DNA of 61,107 bases, filler included. It is 8 parts of 8 records of this genome, joined end to end, with 100 filler letters (N's around TTAATTAATTAA, not from the genome) between each part and the next. Parts side by side here need not be neighbours in the genome. Positions count along the whole stretch, not along the records: positions 11,561 to 28,819 come from SRR7504441_6056; positions 28,920 to 32,680 come from SRR7504441_6069; positions 32,781 to 39,820 come from SRR7504441_6072; 5 more parts are not named here. The stretch is one strand, 5' to 3'. Below are positions 23,208-35,800 of the stretch, piece after piece (the first letter of the stretch is position 1; the number at the start of each line of letters is the position of its first letter). A program made the translations under genes and the position numbers. The notes beneath the pieces were generated by a model. It searched no databases, was not told the DNA's origin, and saw only the letters and a program-made list of their open reading frames with translations.

Positions 23208-24656
23208 ATGGAGCCCCAGAGCGGCAAGCGGCAGTGCGAAGCGCTCAGCCAGGCGGGCGAGCAGCCGGTCGACCAGATCCAACTGTTGCACCTCCTCAGG
23301 ACGGCGGGGATCGCCGGGCACATCCTGAACGCGTGCATGAGCCGGCACTACAACAGGGTCCGGGCGCGCAACGAGTCGGCCATGGTGCTCTGCAACCTGG
23401 AAGAGCTGAGCAAGACGGCCCGGGCCGCGCTCTGGGATCTCCGGGGGGCACGGGAATCGTCGGCCAACCCGTGGCGCTGGGTGGCCCAACTGTACGACCC
23501 GAGGGCCGAGTGGAAGATGGAAGCTCTGTGCCCGCAGATCCCAGAGCCTGATCGGGACTGGCGGTGGCTAGTCAAGGGGCGGCACTGGGCCGACCTGGAC
23601 GACAAGACGGTCCTGATCCAGGCGGTGAGCGCCATGAGTCGCACCCTGGCCTGTGAGGACAACCCGGACGTGTTGGTTCAGTTTGAGTCGCGCTGGGACC
23701 GCTGCTGGCTCGGGGCCTCGGTGTACGATCTGTGCACCCGGAAGGAGGACTCGTGCTCGGACGAGATGTACCAGCTGGCCTCCGACGCCATCCGCCAGTT
23801 CCACGCAATGCTGCTCCAGGGCTGCCAAGACTCGAGTGGGCCTGACAACCTGGCCGCGATCGCCCGAGCCTGGGGCCGCCGGTGCTCCTTCGACCGGCAC
23901 GTCGCCGGGGTGTTCGGCTACTTGGAGCGATACCACATCCCGCGCCACAACCTCAGCCCGCTCAAGCCAATCTCGCACCAGCTTTTCGTGTCATCAGTTC
24001 TGCCTCTACTCGATCGGTCGGCGCTGCTCGATCGATCGGTGCTAGACGGCTGCTCGGAGGCGACGCTGGCCAACGTGGCCCGGATGGCCAATGCGTGCGC
24101 CGAGCATCTGCCCGGGCTGGTCTTGCCTGATTCGCTCAAAGAACTGCCAGGCCAGCTGGAGCCGGAGCCTACCAATCAACCGCTCACGGACGCTGACGCG
24201 CCCTGTCTTTTCATCACCTCTGACGGCACCGAGCACCAGTTCGTGCCGAGCCAGGTGGTCGGCTCCGGGCTGCTCTGGGCCTGCTGTGAGCGGCCGGCCG
24301 GCTCGGACAGCAGGGGAGTTGTCCACCTGCCGGCGCTCAAAGAAAACCGTTACTTTGGCCGGGTGCTGAGCTTCCTGAAATACGAGGCCGAGCACAGCGA
24401 GGCGACCGACGGGGAGCGCGAGCTGTGGGAGGCCCAGTTCGTGAGCGGCGGGGACGACCAGCTGTTTGCTCTGGTGCTGCTCGCTAACCAACTCGACTGC
24501 AAGAGGCTGCTTGACCTGGCGTGCAAGGCCATCGCTGACGAGATCAAGAAATGCAAAAGCCCGCAAGAGATCCGGCGGCGGTTCAACATCAAGAATGACT
24601 TCACCCCCGAGGAGGAGCAGCAAGTGCAGGCCGAGAACGCCTGGGCAGGAGAGTAG
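23208..24656 (+). CDS. Fusion of a cullin N-terminal repeat and a SKP1 domain, intronless (an upstream in-frame ATG exists at 23124)
   Basis: VYDLCTRK..SDEMY..W..VFGYLERYHI..L.PL (cullin repeat 1, ~23720-24010); ITSDG..WEAQF..LFALVLLANQLDCKRLLDLACKAIADEIK..SPQEIRRRFNIKNDFTPEEE..ENAW (SKP1, ~24207-24656). Confidence 0.88.
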   Translation: MEPQSGKRQCEALSQAGEQPVDQIQLLHLLRTAGIAGHILNACMSRHYNRVRARNESAMVLCNLEELSKTARAALWDLRGARESSANPWRWVAQLYDPRAEWKMEALCPQIPEPDRDWRWLVKGRHWADLDDKTVLIQAVSAMSRTLACEDNPDVLVQFESRWDRCWLGASVYDLCTRKEDSCSDEMYQLASDAIRQFHAMLLQGCQDSSGPDNLAAIARAWGRRCSFDRHVAGVFGYLERYHIPRHNLSPLKPISHQLFVSSVLPLLDRSALLDRSVLDGCSEATLANVARMANACAEHLPGLVLPDSLKELPGQLEPEPTNQPLTDADAPCLFITSDGTEHQFVPSQVVGSGLLWACCERPAGSDSRGVVHLPALKENRYFGRVLSFLKYEAEHSEATDGERELWEAQFVSGGDDQLFALVLLANQLDCKRLLDLACKAIADEIKKCKSPQEIRRRFNIKNDFTPEEEQQVQAENAWAGE

Positions 24657-24922
24657 TGAGTTTACTAATGAGCGCTTCTAACGTTCTAACTTAACACATG
24701 TATGCGCACAAGTCGGCACGGATGTGCAGCCGGCCAAGATCCCACACCCACTAGTTTGTTAAATCATTGACATTACGTAGTCTATAAGCTTACATGTATG
24801 TGTACAATAAGTCGACTTCATCCTTGAGCTCCTGCACACTGCTCCTGCAGGCCGCACGCAACGTGGCTGCTCACGGTCGAGTGGCTCACGAGCGTTCATT
24901 CAGCAGCAGCGAGAAGGGCGGT

Positions 24923-26113
24923 ATGGCTGACCTGGATCAGAGCCGCCGGTGGGACCCAGTGGTGTCGGAGGTGGAGCAGGAGGAGCAGGAGGAGACCCAG
25001 CTGCAGCAGCGGCTCATCCAGCTCGACAAGCAGATCCGGTCCATCCGCACCGCCCTGGCTCAGCCGACCGAGGGCGCCGACACCGCCGGGCTGCTCGGCC
25101 AGTGGCTCGGGCTGGCGGAGGAGGCGATGGGCCTGCTCGAGCCCCGGAGCACAGAGCTCACGCTGCAGCACTCGATTGCCACCTTCAGGGAGGCCCGGGC
25201 TATGGCCCGCTTCCTGGGGTCGGTATCCGATCGACGGCTCGACTTGGCTGTGGAGCCGGTTGTGCGAGATCTGGCGGCGGCCGAGGCGATTGCGCTGCAG
25301 GAGGGGTACGATAGCATCGCGATGCGCTGCCTGCAGTCGCAGCGGACGGTGTTTTTGCACCCGTTGCTCATGTTCGAGACCGCCGGCTTCCAGGACAAGC
25401 TGATCAGCGTGCTCAAGGAAATCTCAGTCCGGGATCGGAACGTGGCCAGCGCCACCGAGTTTGCGGACCACCTTCAGCTCAAGGTGGTGGGCGACCTGAC
25501 CATGACCAAAGCCTGGGCCGAGCACGTTAGGAGCACGTTCAGCCCAAACCTGGCACACGTCCAGTGGTACAGCACCTACTGGAGCAACTACGTTTGGATG
25601 CGGAAGAACGGGCTGGGCCAGCAGGAGTGGGTGGATCGGCCGTGCTCGTTCGATCCGGCGGAGGACAGCATAATGAAAGAGAGCATCAAGGATGGGAGGC
25701 CGCTCACGATGGCAGTGGTGGCCAACGGCCTGGCAGCCGAGTTCAATAGCGTCAAGACCCGGAGCAGGGCTCCAACGGTGTTCGCGGAGAGCGCCGAGCT
25801 CAAGCGGTGCTGCGGGGGCACGCACCACGGGGAGGCCTGCCAGCTGGCCAACAAGGCTGTCGAGGCGGCTCTTGAGGTGGACGGGATGGCGGTCGGAGAG
25901 CTCCGGGCGTTGCAGGCCAAGCTGACTAAGTTCCAGGACACGCTGTGGAAACTGGAGTTCCAGGAGGCGGTGAGCATCATGAGCCAGCCGATGCAGCAGC
26001 TAGACGATAGGATAAAGCAACGGCAAGCGGAGGAGGGCGCTGCAGCGGAGACGAGAACGGAGACTAAGTTGAAAGCCAAGCCGGGCAAGATGAAGAAAGG
26101 ATTCTTGTTATGA
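24923..26113 (+). CDS. Hypothetical helical / coiled-coil protein, intronless
   Basis: Long ORF with coding-like GC3; AATAAA at 26167. Confidence 0.65.
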   Translation: MADLDQSRRWDPVVSEVEQEEQEETQLQQRLIQLDKQIRSIRTALAQPTEGADTAGLLGQWLGLAEEAMGLLEPRSTELTLQHSIATFREARAMARFLGSVSDRRLDLAVEPVVRDLAAAEAIALQEGYDSIAMRCLQSQRTVFLHPLLMFETAGFQDKLISVLKEISVRDRNVASATEFADHLQLKVVGDLTMTKAWAEHVRSTFSPNLAHVQWYSTYWSNYVWMRKNGLGQQEWVDRPCSFDPAEDSIMKESIKDGRPLTMAVVANGLAAEFNSVKTRSRAPTVFAESAELKRCCGGTHHGEACQLANKAVEAALEVDGMAVGELRALQAKLTKFQDTLWKLEFQEAVSIMSQPMQQLDDRIKQRQAEEGAAAETRTETKLKAKPGKMKKGFLL

Positions 26114-26241
26114 TGTGCCGAGCCACCGACACGCCGGCAGTGTGAATGCATAGTGTGTTCGTATAAAATAAATCCTTAGTACTTAGACTCGGTGTCATGT
26201 ACCAGTATTAAATGCCGAACCTTGCGTGTTTCGGCATTCAA

Positions 26242-27309
26242 TCAGACGAGCAGCTGATGGTAAAACTTCTTGGTCTCGTCATAAATCATAAACTGGAGCA
26301 TCGAGGCCGGGAAGGCCCGAATAGCGTTGGCGGCGTACCCCTTGAAGAACCCTCGCATCCCTGCCCACTATCACTCGCCAGCCAGCAGCCAGCGCCACCC
26401 TCGGCCTCCAGCGTGCGTGAGATCACCCGGAGCATGCTCCCGCCGTATTCGGCCGGCTTGCCGTGCATCCCGTCTGTTATCAGCCGGGTGCGGACCACCT
26501 CACCTGGGTAGGTGACCAGCTGTGCGCACAGGTTGGACATGAGGCCGGAACAGGCCGAGGCCACGGGCCCGGGCTCGATGCGCTGCTCCACCAGCGGCTT
26601 GAACACCCCGTGGTGGAAGGTGAGCTGCAGACTAATGTATGGCGCCCCAGAGAGCACCGTTGGGAGCAGTCCTCGGTAGAACCCAGTTGGGCCGTCCACG
26701 CGGGCCATGGTCATCACGCAGTGCGCTATCCCTCTATACTGCACCCCCGCGATGAGCCGCCGGGGGTGTGGACCGGACCTGGTCGCCGGGCATCGACAGC
26801 CGGGTCCGGACCACCTGCAGCGGGTGGCAGGCCAGGATCGTAACCACCCCGGAAATGCCTCCTGCGAGCATCTTCTGTTGCAGGCTGGTCTTGCTGGTCT
26901 TATCGCTCTTCACCAGATCCTGCCCCCCAGATCCCCGCCGGCCGGCCCGGGGCTGCACGTTGATGTAGTCAAAGACCCCGAACTTGAGTGCGTACTGGGG
27001 GACCACGCGCAGGCAGTTGGTCAGGTTGCCCTTCCACAAGGACATGGCCCCCTCGCTCCGGAGCGTGCGGAGCCCCATCGCCAGCGGCCCGAGCCGGCTT
27101 TCCTTGCTTACCTGACTGAGGATCTTGATCCGCTCCAGCGGCGCCGTGCAGCTCTTGGTGATCGTGCCCGAGGTGGCCCCCGCCATCAGCCCGGCGTAAA
27201 GCACCCGGCTGGCGTGGGCCGACCCCGCACGCGCCTTGAGCTGGGCCGCCTCGGCCTCCTCGGCCTTGGTCATGGGCGGGAGCCGCGAGTGCCCCACCGT
27301 GGCTGGCAT
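26242..27309 (-). CDS. Mitochondrial carrier family (SLC25) protein, 3 introns
   Basis: Three carrier repeats: APLERIK, HPLQVVRTR, YPGEVVRTR; LWKGN..RVVP, FYRG, FFKG..RAFP. Confidence 0.9.
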
Positions 27310-27592
27310 CTTTACACTGACTGGGCCGGCCGCGGGGCGGTGCCGTTATCAGATCTCGATCCGGGCGGGGACCGGGAGCTATGATACTTGGTAGCGACGA
27401 TAGTCGGGCAAGAGTTCATGTTCTCTTTAGGGCGTCTTGCTAGCACATCATCTACTTATTTACAAACTACTAATCTATTGCTAAAGCTCTTGCAACACCA
27501 ACAGATGCGTCCCCGCGTGGGACCTATGTTTAGGCGGGAATTCGAATACCCATCCAGAAAAAGTTGGCCCCAGCTCGGCCGTTTCTTTCAAG

Positions 27593-28412
27593 ATGGGTGC
27601 CAGCTGCCCGGTGCACAAGGCTGAGTGAGTTGTGTGGGGGGCAGCAATGGTGCCGTCCTGGTGGGAGAAGACCGAGAGCGGCTACGTCGCCAAGCCGCTC
27701 CCTTCCTCGCTGATGGTCCGCCGGATGGGTCTGGGGCCCGAAGTCCGCAAGCCCTGGTTCAGCGGTCAGCCCCAGCAAGAGCCGCCCACCCCGGACCCGA
27801 CCGACGTGCCGGGCCAGCAGTATCGGGCAGTGCCGGCGCGCGACGCACTGGCCCAAGGGCTCCCGATCGTGCCGGGCTCCATCCACTACCCCGGTCAGAA
27901 CCTGGCCGGAGGAGACACACCCGCCACCGTGCCGGCCGCCGCGATTCCGACGGCGGTGGTGGCCGCTGGGAGCGGGCCGCTGCTGGTGGAGCACCCGGAG
28001 CCGCCCAGGCTGTACGACGGGGTGCGCTCGGCTATGCTCCGGTTCCAGCCGGAACGGAACCATTTCCCATTCCACGGTGCGCGCGGCCTGTGTGCCGGGC
28101 GAGCGGGCGGACAGGACACGGGTATGCGCGGGCGCGGGAGACGGTGCGGGCTGGGCGCGGCGGGTGGTGAGGCCGGGGGGGCAGCCGAGCAGCACGGTTG
28201 GGTCTATCATGGCGGGGCGGGATGAGCAAAGAGACGATCTGATGAGGAAGCACCAGAGCGAGTACGATGAGCTGATGAGCGAGCACGAGGTGCAGATGAT
28301 GCGCGACACCCACAGGCAATTCGCGTACGACCCCAGGCTGCACCCGCAGGGGTTCAACCCGATGGCCGACGCCGAGCTCCGCAGGTGGGCTGCTCATGGG
28401 ATACTGAATTAA
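27593..28412 (+). CDS. Hypothetical proline-rich protein with an intron directly after ATG-G and a 29-nt internal exon
   Basis: GT-AG introns join ORF-track pieces 27632-28225 and 28077-28412 into one frame. Confidence 0.55.
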
Positions 28413-28919
28413 GCCCGGGGGTAGGTACCTAGCCCAGTGAGCACGCACTTGTAGACTCGTGAGCAAGCAGCTGTGACCGGACGAGGCCGCTCGATTGATA
28501 TTAATAGAAAGATGTACGCAAAGAGGCGTGTAAACGTAATCACACCTGCCGTGTTTATTACGTAGAGTCGAGTGGGTCACTGACCCCACCACGATTGACC
28601 ACGTAATTTTTATATAATAACGTAATTGTAATCACGGATACCTTATGGAAGCCTACAATTCAACCCTTGGCTTCCCGTTGCCCAATATTTTGAGATTGGG
28701 GAGATGGGATAGCGATAATGCATTGATCACGGCTCTGGCCACGTTCCTCAAGTGCCAGGCAAGGGGGTGGAAATCAAGTTGAGGGCACGTTTCATTAAAA
28801 CATAGGCATATAATAGCTTNNNNNNNNNNNNNNNNNNNNNNNNNNNNNNNNNNNNNNNNNNNNTTAATTAATTAANNNNNNNNNNNNNNNNNNNNNNNNN
28901 NNNNNNNNNNNNNNNNNNN

Positions 28920-29086
28920 TCGCCTCGCCTCTCCTCGGGCTTATCGCCCACGAGCTGTGCCGAGGCGTTGCCGCGCACAAGCAGCGCCACAGTGCACACC
29001 AGCACCAGCACCGCCCCAGCCACAGCGGCTTGGCGCCTGCCCGATCGCCGCAGCTCCATCTCAACGGTACCGTACGCCGGTGCCAT
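28920..29086 (-). CDS. 5' end of a probable signal-anchored protein (start 29086 or 29059), truncated by linker
   Basis: Basic stretch followed by the hydrophobic segment AAVAGAVLVLVCTVALLV. Confidence 0.45.
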
Positions 29087-29105
29087 TTTGGGTACCCGGC
29101 AGCGG

Positions 29106-30534
29106 ATGGACCAAGTCCGGGCCACCTTCCCGACCGGGCCAGGCCGGCGGGCCAAGCTGCTCCCTCCGGGCAAGACCGACGTCGCCTTCGTGGCCGAGGC
29201 CGAGGCCAAGGTCCGCGCGCAAGTCGGTGGGTCGCAGCTCCGGCCGCCGCTGACCGGCCGCGGGACAGCGGGGCTGAGCCCGGAGCAGCAGCAGGTGCTG
29301 GTGCAGCGGGTGGGCAAACTGTTCGAGAGTCGGACCGTTGTGTCGGTGCCCGGCCGGCCGGGGCACCACTGACGGGGGTCCCCAGGTGCGGGACCTGGAC
29401 AAGGTGCTCCGGATGCTCCGGATTAAGCTGCCCGAGCAGGCCTGCATGGCACTGTTCATGCGGCACACTGCAGTCGGGCGCACCGGGACGATCGATCTGT
29501 TCGCGCTGCTCGAGATACTGTTTGGGCCACAGGCCGCCCGCAAGAGCTGGGCTACCGCTTCGGGGTAGGCGCCACCCCACTGGCCGGCGAGCCAGCGGCT
29601 GCAGGTGCCAGCTCCCGCCGAGTCCGTTTGCTGGCGGCCGGTCGAAGAGCACGCCGCCACTCAACTTGCCTCGGATTGTGCCCCAGCACCGAGCAGTCGA
29701 TCCGGTCCAAGTCCGGGCCACACCAGACCCAACAGCAATGACTGCAGCCAAGACCGCCATCAGTAAATGGGCGCGCAAGTCGGGGCATCGGGCGTACTGG
29801 GGTGCGTACCACGGGTTCCAGGACTTGGGCAAGAGCCTGGTCGGGATGGTCGGCTCGGAGCTTCTAAGTGTGGACCTGTTTGCTGCTGCGTTGAGGAGCA
29901 TCGACCCAACCATCTCGCACGAAAAGACACTGGCCGCATTCGCCCAGTGTGACCTGAATAAAGACGGCAATCTGGACTTGGAGGAGGCAACGCTGCGCGC
30001 TCCGGCTGCTAGGCTGACACTGTGTGTGTGCAGTTCAAGCCGCTGCTACCTAGCTTACGGACAGAGATGCCAATCTGGATGACGCGGCGGTCCATACGCT
30101 TTAACCATACGCCGCCAGCGAAGACGATGCTGCCGGGGGCACAAGGCCGTACGTACCCCAAGCTCCAGCAGCCTGGCCCTAAACGGGGCTGGCCATGGCT
30201 AACTGAGTGCCTGGATAACCTTTATGAAGAAGCTGCCGGAGCAGGCAAGCGGAGGACCCCTTTGAAAAAGCTGCCCCCGGGCGAGTACGGCAACGATATG
30301 TTCCAGGCCGCCCGCAGGCCGCACAGTAAGGGCGACCCCATGAAAGACCATCGGGTCGAATTCGCACACGAATGGCATTGGTGCGTAATCGGTGCAGCTT
30401 TGGCGTTACGTGAATGTTGCTTGTGCAGGAGGGAGTCAATTGCCCATCGCAAGAACACTCTAAACTTATTAGAGTATGGCATCAAAGGCGACTACCGCGA
30501 TTACATGGCTGCCAAGTATGGAATTGAAAAGTGA
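29106..30534 (+). CDS. EF-hand-containing protein, multi-exon, includes GC-AG intron 29987-30033
   Basis: FAQCDLNKDGNLDLEE|F EF-hand is completed only across the GC-AG intron; AATAAA at 30592. Confidence 0.7.
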
Positions 30535-30608
30535 GACGGTCGATCCTTGATTCAAGCTCTGAGCCATACATGTAAAATTTTAATAAAGCACAATAAAAAT
30601 AATAGTAC

Positions 30609-31673
30609 TCACGATCCCCGCCACGGATCACCAAGAGGTCCATTCCGAGGCTGCAACAGATTGCGAAGGATCCGAACAGTCCAGCTCGCATTAACACAGA
30701 ACCACGCGCTCCCTCCCACGAAGGTCCAAGCCTGCAGATATGCGGGTAATCCTTGAGCGCGAGCATGAGTCATTCCTTCATACGACAACAGGGCAGCCCC
30801 GAATCCCCGGGTGAGGATGTCCGTTGCCACCCGCAGCCAGCGCATGCTCGTCGTGTTGTGCAGAGCCATCAAATGGTGAACTGTACTGCCTCCCTCAGTC
30901 ACAGCAGTGAACAGTGCTCCGTAGCCGGCGCCATGTGCCGGGTGCAGCCATGCGGCGCATCCGCCAATTGTAACGATGTGGTGCACCAGCAGGTCGGGGC
31001 TGCGCATGATCTTCTTGAAGGAGAGAAGCGTCGCAGCTATTTGGTACCCGATGTTCAGAGTCTGAACCCACTGTTCGGCACCCAACGACGACTGGTCCCA
31101 ACGCCCCAACGGCGACTGGTCGAGCGGGGGAGCCGCCCCCAGCCAGGAAGATGGCTTCTTGACCGTCTTGACGAAGTACAGGAGGAAGGCCGGGAGCAGC
31201 AGCCCGGTGTGGACAAGGCTGTGGATGTAAGTGAAGAACGGCCAGCCCTTGAACTGCGCTTTGTGGGCGAGCAACCTCTTCAGCAAGTAGCCCAGCCCCA
31301 GTTGGATCAGCGTGCCGAGGGCGCAGTCACGGAGGAGCCTCTTGACGTAGGACCAGCCATGGGCCTTGGGCGCTATCGCCGGCTCCCCCCCCGCCGTCTC
31401 CTCCACCAGTACATCGGTGAGACGAGCGAGGTCCAGGTTGAGCGGTTGCTCGTTGGGCCGCGGCGATCCGGGTGAGGATTGTGGCCCGTGATAAGGCGAG
31501 TCCCGAGGGGGACCGGTCCATCGGCCCTCCATTTGGCCCAGCGGAGTTGGTTGCGCTGTCACCAGAATCTTGCTGGCCAAGCGGGCTGACTCGTGAACGC
31601 GACCATCAACGCACGCCCGGCGCCGGCGTACCGGCGGCAGGTCCACGGCCAGTTCATCCGGTTGAGCTACCAT
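30609..31673 (-). CDS. TLC (TRAM/LAG1/CLN8)-domain-like multipass membrane protein, intronless
   Basis: Several TM segments; SLVH, GYQIA, LLVHHIVT, TEGGST, conserved R in a later helix. Confidence 0.65.
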   Translation of the reverse strand: MVAQPDELAVDLPPVRRRRACVDGRVHESARLASKILVTAQPTPLGQMEGRWTGPPRDSPYHGPQSSPGSPRPNEQPLNLDLARLTDVLVEETAGGEPAIAPKAHGWSYVKRLLRDCALGTLIQLGLGYLLKRLLAHKAQFKGWPFFTYIHSLVHTGLLLPAFLLYFVKTVKKPSSWLGAAPPLDQSPLGRWDQSSLGAEQWVQTLNIGYQIAATLLSFKKIMRSPDLLVHHIVTIGGCAAWLHPAHGAGYGALFTAVTEGGSTVHHLMALHNTTSMRWLRVATDILTRGFGAALLSYEGMTHARAQGLPAYLQAWTFVGGSAWFCVNASWTVRILRNLLQPRNGPLGDPWRGS

Positions 31674-31797
31674 CAAACGCGTCAGGCACGCAACCCGCTC
31701 GTTGCCTCAACCGACAGCTTGACTTCGTTGTGTGCCTCACCGGCTGAGAATCAACGGCAGCCACGGCGCACCTGTGGTGTCCGTAAGATAAGGGGGA

Positions 31798-32680
31798 ATG
31801 GACGCTACCGAGTATGGCCAGCGGGTGCGGGCGGAGCTGGCGGCACTTAGGAAGCACTACGAGAGCAGCGCCTTAAGTGCCGCCAGCTCCGCCTCGTTGT
31901 CGGCCCAGCTCGACCGCTTGACCGAGGTCGGTGGCCCCGGCGCCCGGCGAGCGGTGGGCAGTTACTCCGCGGCGGGCTGGTGGCTCGGTGCGGCCAGGCG
32001 GAGGCCCAGGCGGCCGAGTGGCGGCGGCTGGCCGAGCAGCGGGGCGAGCGGGTGGCTACGCTCGAGGGGCTGCTGGCCGACGCCGCCAAGCTGGCCGACC
32101 TTTCCCGCCGGGCGGTGGTAGCCGCGCAGAGCGAGGCAGCCTGTGAGCGGCAGAGGCTCGCGGCGCAGGTGCAGGGCCGGGGCGATCTGGGCGAGCCACG
32201 GAGCAGGCGGAGCAGCAGGTGGAGACGGGGCGGCAGGCAGTTGACGAGCTGGGCGAGTTCAGGCGGACGGTGAGTATGAGCCGGCCGGTCTGGCCGAGCG
32301 GCGCTGCAGGTGACAGAGCTCGCGGGCCAGCTTGGGGTGGCTGTGGTGCGGGCCGTGCGGCTGGGCTGGAGCAGAGGGGACAGGGTGAATATAAGGGCAG
32401 TCGGACTGTGCTGAGTCGACTGTTCCATGAGGCAGGAGAGCGGCTGCCTGGCGCGCCCGAGCGGTTTAGAGAGCAGAGCGTGCAGGCCGCTCAGCAGGAG
32501 GCGGCGGTGGCCGAGTTGCTGGCCAAGCTGGCGCGTGCTGGGAGGGAGCTGATGACGCAGGAGCCCCGGGTGCTGGAGGGCCGGCAAATGAGTGCCCAAA
32601 GGGATCAGGCCGAGAAGGAGGCGGATGGTGTGTGGCGAGGGCGGGGCGGTGTGAGGCTGGGCAGGTGTTGAGAATCAGTT
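31798..32680 (+). CDS. Coiled-coil protein, multi-exon, 3' truncated by linker
   Basis: MDATEYGQRVRAELAALRKHYE.. with heptad-rich exons separated by short introns. Confidence 0.55.
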
Positions 32681-32851
32681 NNNNNNNNNNNNNNNNNNNN
32701 NNNNNNNNNNNNNNNNNNNNNNNNTTAATTAATTAANNNNNNNNNNNNNNNNNNNNNNNNNNNNNNNNNNNNNNNNNNNNATACTACTACTGAATTGCTT
32801 TCACTGATATTTGCTTGAGTCTTGCAATCTGATTTTTAATCGCTTCATTTA

Positions 32852-35800
32852 TTATTTTGTATGATCATTGTCCTTTTTTCTATTCCGGCGTTCTGCAAGG
32901 ACAAGTTTAATCACATCCTTCACGAGCTCATCCTTCTCCTCTTCACGAGTTCCTTTGCGTGCTGAGCCACCCCTATAGATCCCAGATTCAAAGTAGGTTC
33001 AGGGCAAGGCATGCATCGCCCAATTTAATTATGATGTGGTAATGATGTGGTGGCACCTTCCAGGCTTGCCAATGATCTCCTCAAGAGTGCGTACCTTGAC
33101 CAGAAACCCATCCAATTCGTCGGAGGGCGCCACCTTCGCGCCAGCCCATGTCTTGTAATTCATGATCACCTGTGGTATGAATATTCGTTAGCCAGGGTCA
33201 GCAATTTGTGTTGTTATCACTGACCGCAAAAGGACAACCAAGCTCCCGAGCTCGTTGCAATGGGTCCTCTTGATTACTCTGTTGATATGAGTAGTCGGCA
33301 GAGATTCCTGCTTCCCAAAACTTGGCAGCCAACCTACAGATAACCCCTCTCACTTACACACAGCATGGCCGACCGTGCTCGTTCTTGTGCCATCGAAGGC
33401 CCGATCGAGCAGATGAACACCTGTCACCGACTATCCTCTTGGGTGCCATTGTTGAACCGCACCTCTGCAGCTGACGGCTTTTGTCGACGGCATATTTCGT
33501 TCTCGTCGGATGCGTGCAACGCCTTTTGTAGATCGTCCAAGTTTATGGTCAGCCCCACTGCTCGACCAATGAGCCGCGTACTCACGCTTACCTGCAATAT
33601 GAAGAAGATTCTCACTTGCAGGCTGAGCTCAAAGCTTACAGAGAGCTGCTGAGCCTGCAACTGATGCACTACATTGGTGTAGTCTCCAGACCAAGCAACA
33701 CAAGCGGTAGCATTTGCTGGAATGACTGCACAAAACAATCCAGAAAAGAACGGCTCTGGTGGACCAAGAAGGACAGATGGCTCTATTCCCTGCAAAGTGG
33801 ATCAGTTGAACGGTTATCACCATGTATTTGCCTGAGTAATCCCAAAGATAGGAAGACTTTCAGCCAGGTGATTCAGCTGAATCATTCCTGCTTCCCAATC
33901 AGGGTGGTGAACAACTGGGTGCTGCAGTCTTTCAAGCTTTTCCCTGAGGGAAATTGTATTGTCAGCAGATGCGGATTACTACATATACTATACATTAGCT
34001 AAGGCGTCACCTCAATTCTTCCAGATTTTGAACCATGCTAGAAGCACCAGAAAAGCCAGAGCTCAAGCTCGCCAGCTCCAAGAGACGATCCACCCCCGCC
34101 CTGGCAACATTTGGTCAGCCCCCCTGTAGGTTGCGATGCAGTTCTTTCTACTAATACCTTGTAAGGCCTTGGCAAAGTAGCTCAGTGCGCACTTTCTTTG
34201 GCTTGTTTAACAGCTCCGGTTTCGATAGAACACTTTTGAGCTGTGGCCAATTATCTGGGTCAATCCCACACACAGAAAGAACTGCCTGGTGGATCAGGGT
34301 GGTGTTCACTTTGAGCGGCAGCCATGGCGCTGTTCCAGAATCTACCCCAAGGCTCTCGAGGCAATCTCCCAAGATTGTGATGGTCTCAGCAAATGGCAGC
34401 ACAGGATCTTGGGAGTTGGTGACAATGTCCATATTCAAAATGGCAGTTTCGTGTGTAATCTCTGATGATTCAGCCCGATGGAATGTTTGACGCATTTCCC
34501 AGCATTTGATCTCAGCTGTCGTCACCCGCCCAATAGCAATCCTTTGTGCAAGATTTCGTGCGAAGGACGCTCTGGGCCAAAAGGGAAGGCACGACAAATC
34601 TCCTTTACTATCCATCATGGTCACTGGATACACACACAGCCGACGTAGAGAGGCCTCGAGTTCATCACAGTACACATGCTCCAAGGCAGGCCCATTCCAA
34701 GCTAGGGCTCCGTGCTGCTTGAAGCAGGCTACCATCGGTTTGAACAAGTTTTCACGGGTCACACATCGCCTGGATGTAAATACTGGATTGCTCATATTCT
34801 CATGACGCTCTACGGAGTCGCATTCAAACAGGGTTTGAACCACTCGGTGGCGGAAGGAAGAGGTAGGATCGGATAGCGATCGAATTGCATCTTCAATATA
34901 CTCATCTTCAGGCTTTGGAGGCAGCCACTCACTATCAAGAATTGTCTGAGCATCTGGACGGCGGCTGGGATCACGATCGAGTAGCAGTTTGATGATGTGT
35001 GATTGGGTTGGATAGATGAGATCAAAAGGATGTGGGAACTCCATATGCTCTCGCAATCCACGAAGAATGGCAACCCTCTCCATCTCTGTGGCAAATGGAT
35101 GCAGAAGCTCGAATAATATAATTCCCAGGCTGTATAGATCCACTGTTTCGTTGTACCGCTTGGCGAATATATACAATTCTGGTGCAGTATATATAGCCGT
35201 GCCGACTCCTGCCGTCATGTCACTACCTGACAGCTCAGGCGCGAATGACTCTCGTTTCACAACTGTAGCATCGTCCACATCGTGTACGCGTGCGTCGCTG
35301 GAGCTTTTGTTCCCTTCTGTTGCCAATCCAAAGTCACCAATTTTGATATCACTGAAAGAGTCGATGAAAATGTTGGATGGTTTAAGATCTCGATGGATCA
35401 CTCCATTCTTATGGATATGTGCCAGTCCTTCACAGATCTGCCGCAGCAGTCGCCACACCTCCTCCTCCTCCAGGATCACGTTCCTGATGACTTGCGATAG
35501 CGTCTTCTCACAGAATTCCATTTGAATGTACAGAAATCTGGTCATAGGCAGCTGTGGCTTAGCCTTTACTGCAGCATCTTCAGATGACTCGGCCTCTGCT
35601 CCACCACCAAGGAACAGCCCTGTTTGGGAGTGCAACCCGACATCACCGTGAATGGTCCAGTTGTTCACAAAAGCCCCGATCCCAAGCTCAGATATGCCCT
35701 CTAGACTTGTTCTGTTCAAGCCGCTAGACTCACTGGTGGAAATGCCTGTTGAGGAGCTTTCATCAAAGCTGGACAATGGGTCACTTCCATTAGTTGGTCC

